Virus record (IMG/VR): IMGVR_UViG_2061766007_000036
Source: an uncultured virus (IMG/VR IMGVR_UViG_2061766007_000036)
Lineage: Duplodnaviria > Heunggongvirae > Uroviricota > Caudoviricetes
DNA: 64,000 bases
Direction: 5' to 3' (one strand)
Position 1 is the stretch's first letter, and the number at the start of each line of letters is the position of its first letter. A program made the translations under genes and the position numbers. Positions 61,753 through 64,000 of the stretch are shown piece after piece. The notes under the pieces are model-generated. The model was not told the DNA's origin. It worked only from the letters and a program-made list of their open reading frames with translations, and ran no database searches.

Positions 61753-62072
61753 CCTTGCACCTCCATCCTTGCTCCGCAGTTTGGGCAGTACGGCATTATT
61801 TTCAGCATCCGTTCTAATGGACAATTCTGCGTCCACCACAATTCAGACCATAAATGGTTACAGGACGAACATCGGTATAACCCTCCGTCATCTATCCACT
61901 TCCCATGCTTCACAGGTGCGGCATCAATGGTGGGCGCAGTTTTGAAGTGGCAAATAGCATCATTCCATGTTACAAACGCCCCTCTGCTTCCCGTAAACAT
62001 CTGTTCTTTTTCTCTTTTATCAAACAATTCTTGAAGCGTGTTCATAAGAGCGTCAGCGTCAATCAGTCTCAT
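61749..62072 (-). CDS. MRLIDAD-family protein with zinc ribbon
   Basis: MRLIDADAL...APTIDA.PVKHGKW...YCPNCGARM. Confidence 0.7.
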   Translation of the reverse strand: MRLIDADALMNTLQELFDKREKEQMFTGSRGAFVTWNDAICHFKTAPTIDAAPVKHGKWIDDGGLYRCSSCNHLWSELWWTQNCPLERMLKIMPYCPNCGARMEVQG

Positions 62073-62304
62073 CGTTTTTCCTTTCTCCCCCGGCACAGTA
62101 GAAGTTTCCGTAATTCCAAGTCTCGCCGGTATAGTGGCAAAGGTACATAGTGCTATCTTCTTCCCACTCCGCAAACTTACAATCCCGACATCGTACAACA
62201 GGAACGGCATCAATGGTTGGTGCATGGTCTATATCACTTAACCAAACGCACCAAAAAGGGTCATCACACTGCTCTCTTAATGCGTCCGCATCAATCAGCC
62301 TCAT
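62059..62304 (-). CDS. MRLIDAD-family protein
   Basis: MRLIDADAL...APTIDAVPVVRCRDC...YCAGGERK. Confidence 0.7.
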   Translation of the reverse strand: MRLIDADALREQCDDPFWCVWLSDIDHAPTIDAVPVVRCRDCKFAEWEEDSTMYLCHYTGETWNYGNFYCAGGERKNDETD

Positions 62305-62536
62305 CGCCTCTCCTTTCTCCGCTCTTACAAAACCAATCGTTATGAACCCATCCACCAACGATTGCACGACAGTAAACCATTCCCGGTTCTTCGTCTATGT
62401 GCCAACGGCAGTCCTTGCACCGCACCACAGGGACGGCATCTATGGTTGGTGCGTGTTCAACCTCTATTGCTATTTCTGTAGCACTCAAAGCATATCCTGT
62501 CCATTTTGGCAAAGCATCCGCATCAATCAGTCTCAT
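62291..62536 (-). CDS. MRLIDAD-family protein
   Basis: MRLIDADAL...APTIDAVPVVRCKDC...FCKSGERR. Confidence 0.7.
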   Translation of the reverse strand: MRLIDADALPKWTGYALSATEIAIEVEHAPTIDAVPVVRCKDCRWHIDEEPGMVYCRAIVGGWVHNDWFCKSGERRGDEAD

Positions 62537-62747
62537 TGGTTCTCCTTTCTCCGTCTGCACAGTACCAATTCTGATGTCGTGTTCCATATAATTCACACCA
62601 TCGGTCGTTATTTAACATTTTTGGTTGTATCCATTTTTCGTTGTATGGCTTGGAAAAAACGCAATCCTTGCATCGCACCAGTTCTCCCACAATCTCCTGC
62701 TTTGTGGCTAAACCGCAGTCTGTTTCCCGCACTATGTATTCACTCAT
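62523..62747 (-). CDS. Small Cys-rich protein (MSEYIV...LVRC module)
   Basis: N-terminal 26 aa identical to 59452-59643. Confidence 0.65.
   Translation of the reverse strand: MSEYIVRETDCGLATKQEIVGELVRCKDCVFSKPYNEKWIQPKMLNNDRWCELYGTRHQNWYCADGERRTNETD
62675..62747. repeat. 73-bp direct repeat, copy 2
   Basis: Matches 59571-59643. Confidence 0.9.
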
Positions 62748-62899
62748 CGTCTTTCTCCCCTTGCACAGTACCATTCTCCTGTTGGGTACATACCATACGC
62801 ATCGCATCTGCCTTGCAGACTTGCTTCTTGCTTTGTCCACCATCTGCAATCCTTGCACCGCACCACTTGTACATAATCACCCGTCAAACCGCCATTGAT
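62744..62899 (-). CDS. 3' part of Cys-rich array gene (5' end in gap)
   Basis: DYVQVVRCKDC...YCARGERR. Confidence 0.55.
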   Translation of the reverse strand: MNGGLTGDYVQVVRCKDCRWWTKQEASLQGRCDAYGMYPTGEWYCARGERR

Positions 62900-63216
62900 N
62901 NNNNNNNNNNNNNNNNNNNNNNNNNNNNNNNNNNNNNNNNNNNNNNNNNNNNNNNNNNNNNNNNNNNNNNNNNNNNNNNNNNNNNNNNNNNNNNNNNNNN
63001 NNNNNNNNNNNNNNNNNNNNNNNNNNNNNNNNNNNNNNNNNNNNNNNNNNNNNNNNNNNNNNNNNNNNNNNNNNNNNNNNNNNNNNNNNNNNNNNNNNNN
63101 NNNNNNNNNNNNNNNNNNNNNNNNNNNNNNNNNNNNNNNNNNNNNNNNNNNNNNNNNNNNNNNNNNNNNNNNNNNNNNNNNNNNNNNNNNNNNNNNNNNN
63201 NNNNNNNNNNNNNNNN

Positions 63217-63369
63217 AGGAATCCACCTCGGCTCTGCGGATGGCAAGTAGTCAAGAATACGCTCCACTTCATCCGCTGTAGTCTGCCCGCTTTCATCCCA
63301 GACAAGGCATTCATCAAATTCCTGATGCACCGCATCAATCGCCGTCTGGCGGCTGATTAAATCACTCAT
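63217..63369 (-). CDS. 5' part of DLISRQ-type array gene (3' end in gap)
   Basis: MSDLISRQTAIDAV...LPSAEPRWIP. Confidence 0.55.
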
Positions 63370-63622
63370 TCGTTCTCCTCCCATCAGCGCAGAAATAATT
63401 ATTTCGCTTATAGCAATGGTTCAACGTGCAGTACATTTCTCTATCGTCTGAACAAGAGTTTGCCATCTTGCACTCCTTACACCGCACAACCTCAACGGCA
63501 TCTATGGTTGGCAACCGCTCTAATGCTTTGACCAAATCGCTCCTATCTTTTGGAGTTAAATAACATCCCATATACATCGCGTCAATCGCCGCCTGTCGGC
63601 TGATTAAATCAATCAGTCTCAT
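63362..63622 (-). CDS. Hybrid MRLID/DLISRQ-type array gene
   Basis: MRLIDLISRQAAIDA...LPTIDAVEVVRCKEC...FCADGRR. Confidence 0.65.
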   Translation of the reverse strand: MRLIDLISRQAAIDAMYMGCYLTPKDRSDLVKALERLPTIDAVEVVRCKECKMANSCSDDREMYCTLNHCYKRNNYFCADGRRTNE

Positions 63623-63935
63623 TCCACGCCTCCATCTCCTTGATCTTCCGGAGCAGCCGTTCCGTCTCCTCTGCCGGCACAGGTTCGCTCCATGCGTCCT
63701 TCTGCTTCTTCTGTGCCACGGCCTTCTTGTCTTCCTTCCGAGGGTAGACGGTGCGCCACTTCCGCTCCGCGCTTCTTCTGATCGCTGGCAGCCACTCCGC
63801 CCGAGGAAACTCCAGCCGGAGCTTGTCCAGGATCTCTCCCTGTTCTTTCGGCGAAAGCGGTGACCCGCTGCCAGCCATCTCCGACTGCCAAGTGAGGATG
63901 GCATCCGTCAAGTCCTGGTCATCCTGATTCATCAC
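63609..63935 (-). CDS. Hypothetical protein
   Basis: 108-aa ORF overlapping next start; AIRRS....W..VYP. Confidence 0.5.
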   Translation of the reverse strand: MMNQDDQDLTDAILTWQSEMAGSGSPLSPKEQGEILDKLRLEFPRAEWLPAIRRSAERKWRTVYPRKEDKKAVAQKKQKDAWSEPVPAEETERLLRKIKEMEAWNETD

Positions 63936-64000
63936 AAAAGCGGAGAACGGATCTCGCGCGCGCGTGTCTGCAAGATTGACAGTACTGTCTATCTTTCTCT

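Larger units (their letters stand above)
25907..64000 (-). mobile_element. Phage B: early small-gene array, packaging, DUF2213/DUF2184-type head, long non-contractile tail (distal end cut at gap)
   Basis: Second complete terminase/portal/capsid/TMP set, unrelated in sequence to phage A and visibly less GC-rich. Confidence 0.85.

Noticed and set aside
59571..62747. 73-bp repeat as DGR TR/VR, att sites or CRISPR
   Set aside because: There are only two coding copies, the mismatches are synonymous and not adenine-specific, and there are no spacers or integrase in the window.
1..64000. Stop-codon reassignment, tRNA, rRNA, CRISPR array
   Set aside because: Genes are full length in the standard code, and no such RNA or repeat-spacer structures were recognised by eye (tRNAscan not run).

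Overview
The window is entirely tailed-phage (Caudoviricetes) DNA. Essentially all genes are on the minus strand, with Firmicutes-type RBSs and sigmaA-type promoters. It holds two independent head-and-tail gene sets joined at a 10-N gap (25897-25906), which is most likely a scaffold join of two phages. Phage A (about 1-25896) has a GC-rich siphovirus core: TerS, TerL, portal, minor head, a glycosyltransferase-like gene, scaffold, capsid, neck, tail tube, frameshifted chaperones, a 647-aa tape measure, Dit, Tal and a DUF859-like fibre. These are followed by a cluster of BspA-type LRR/adhesin genes, an amidase endolysin and two holins. Phage B (25907-64000) has an array of small shuffled 'MRLIDAD/CxxC' early genes, dUTPase, a late promoter with five 10-bp-phased GTCA repeats, TerS, TerL, a DUF1073-type portal apparently fused to a Nudix hydrolase, a DUF2213/DUF2184/DUF4054-type head, an A118 Gp15-type long tail (1818-aa tape measure) and a fibre. 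The most striking feature is an approximately 7-kb island (46011-52690) between phage B's portal and prohead protease/scaffold. Four genes there share an N-terminal YxxRRxxRL...[RHN]xD leader but carry unrelated C-terminal domains: two ADP-ribosyltransferase-like, one RNase-toxin-like and one unknown. Each is followed by a small partner gene, and the island also contains an ADP-ribosylglycohydrolase and three perfect TTGACA-17-TATAAT promoters. This reads as a candidate capsid-loaded effector/immunity system with a complete ADP-ribose write/erase/recycle set. Family assignments come from motif recognition only; no searches were run.
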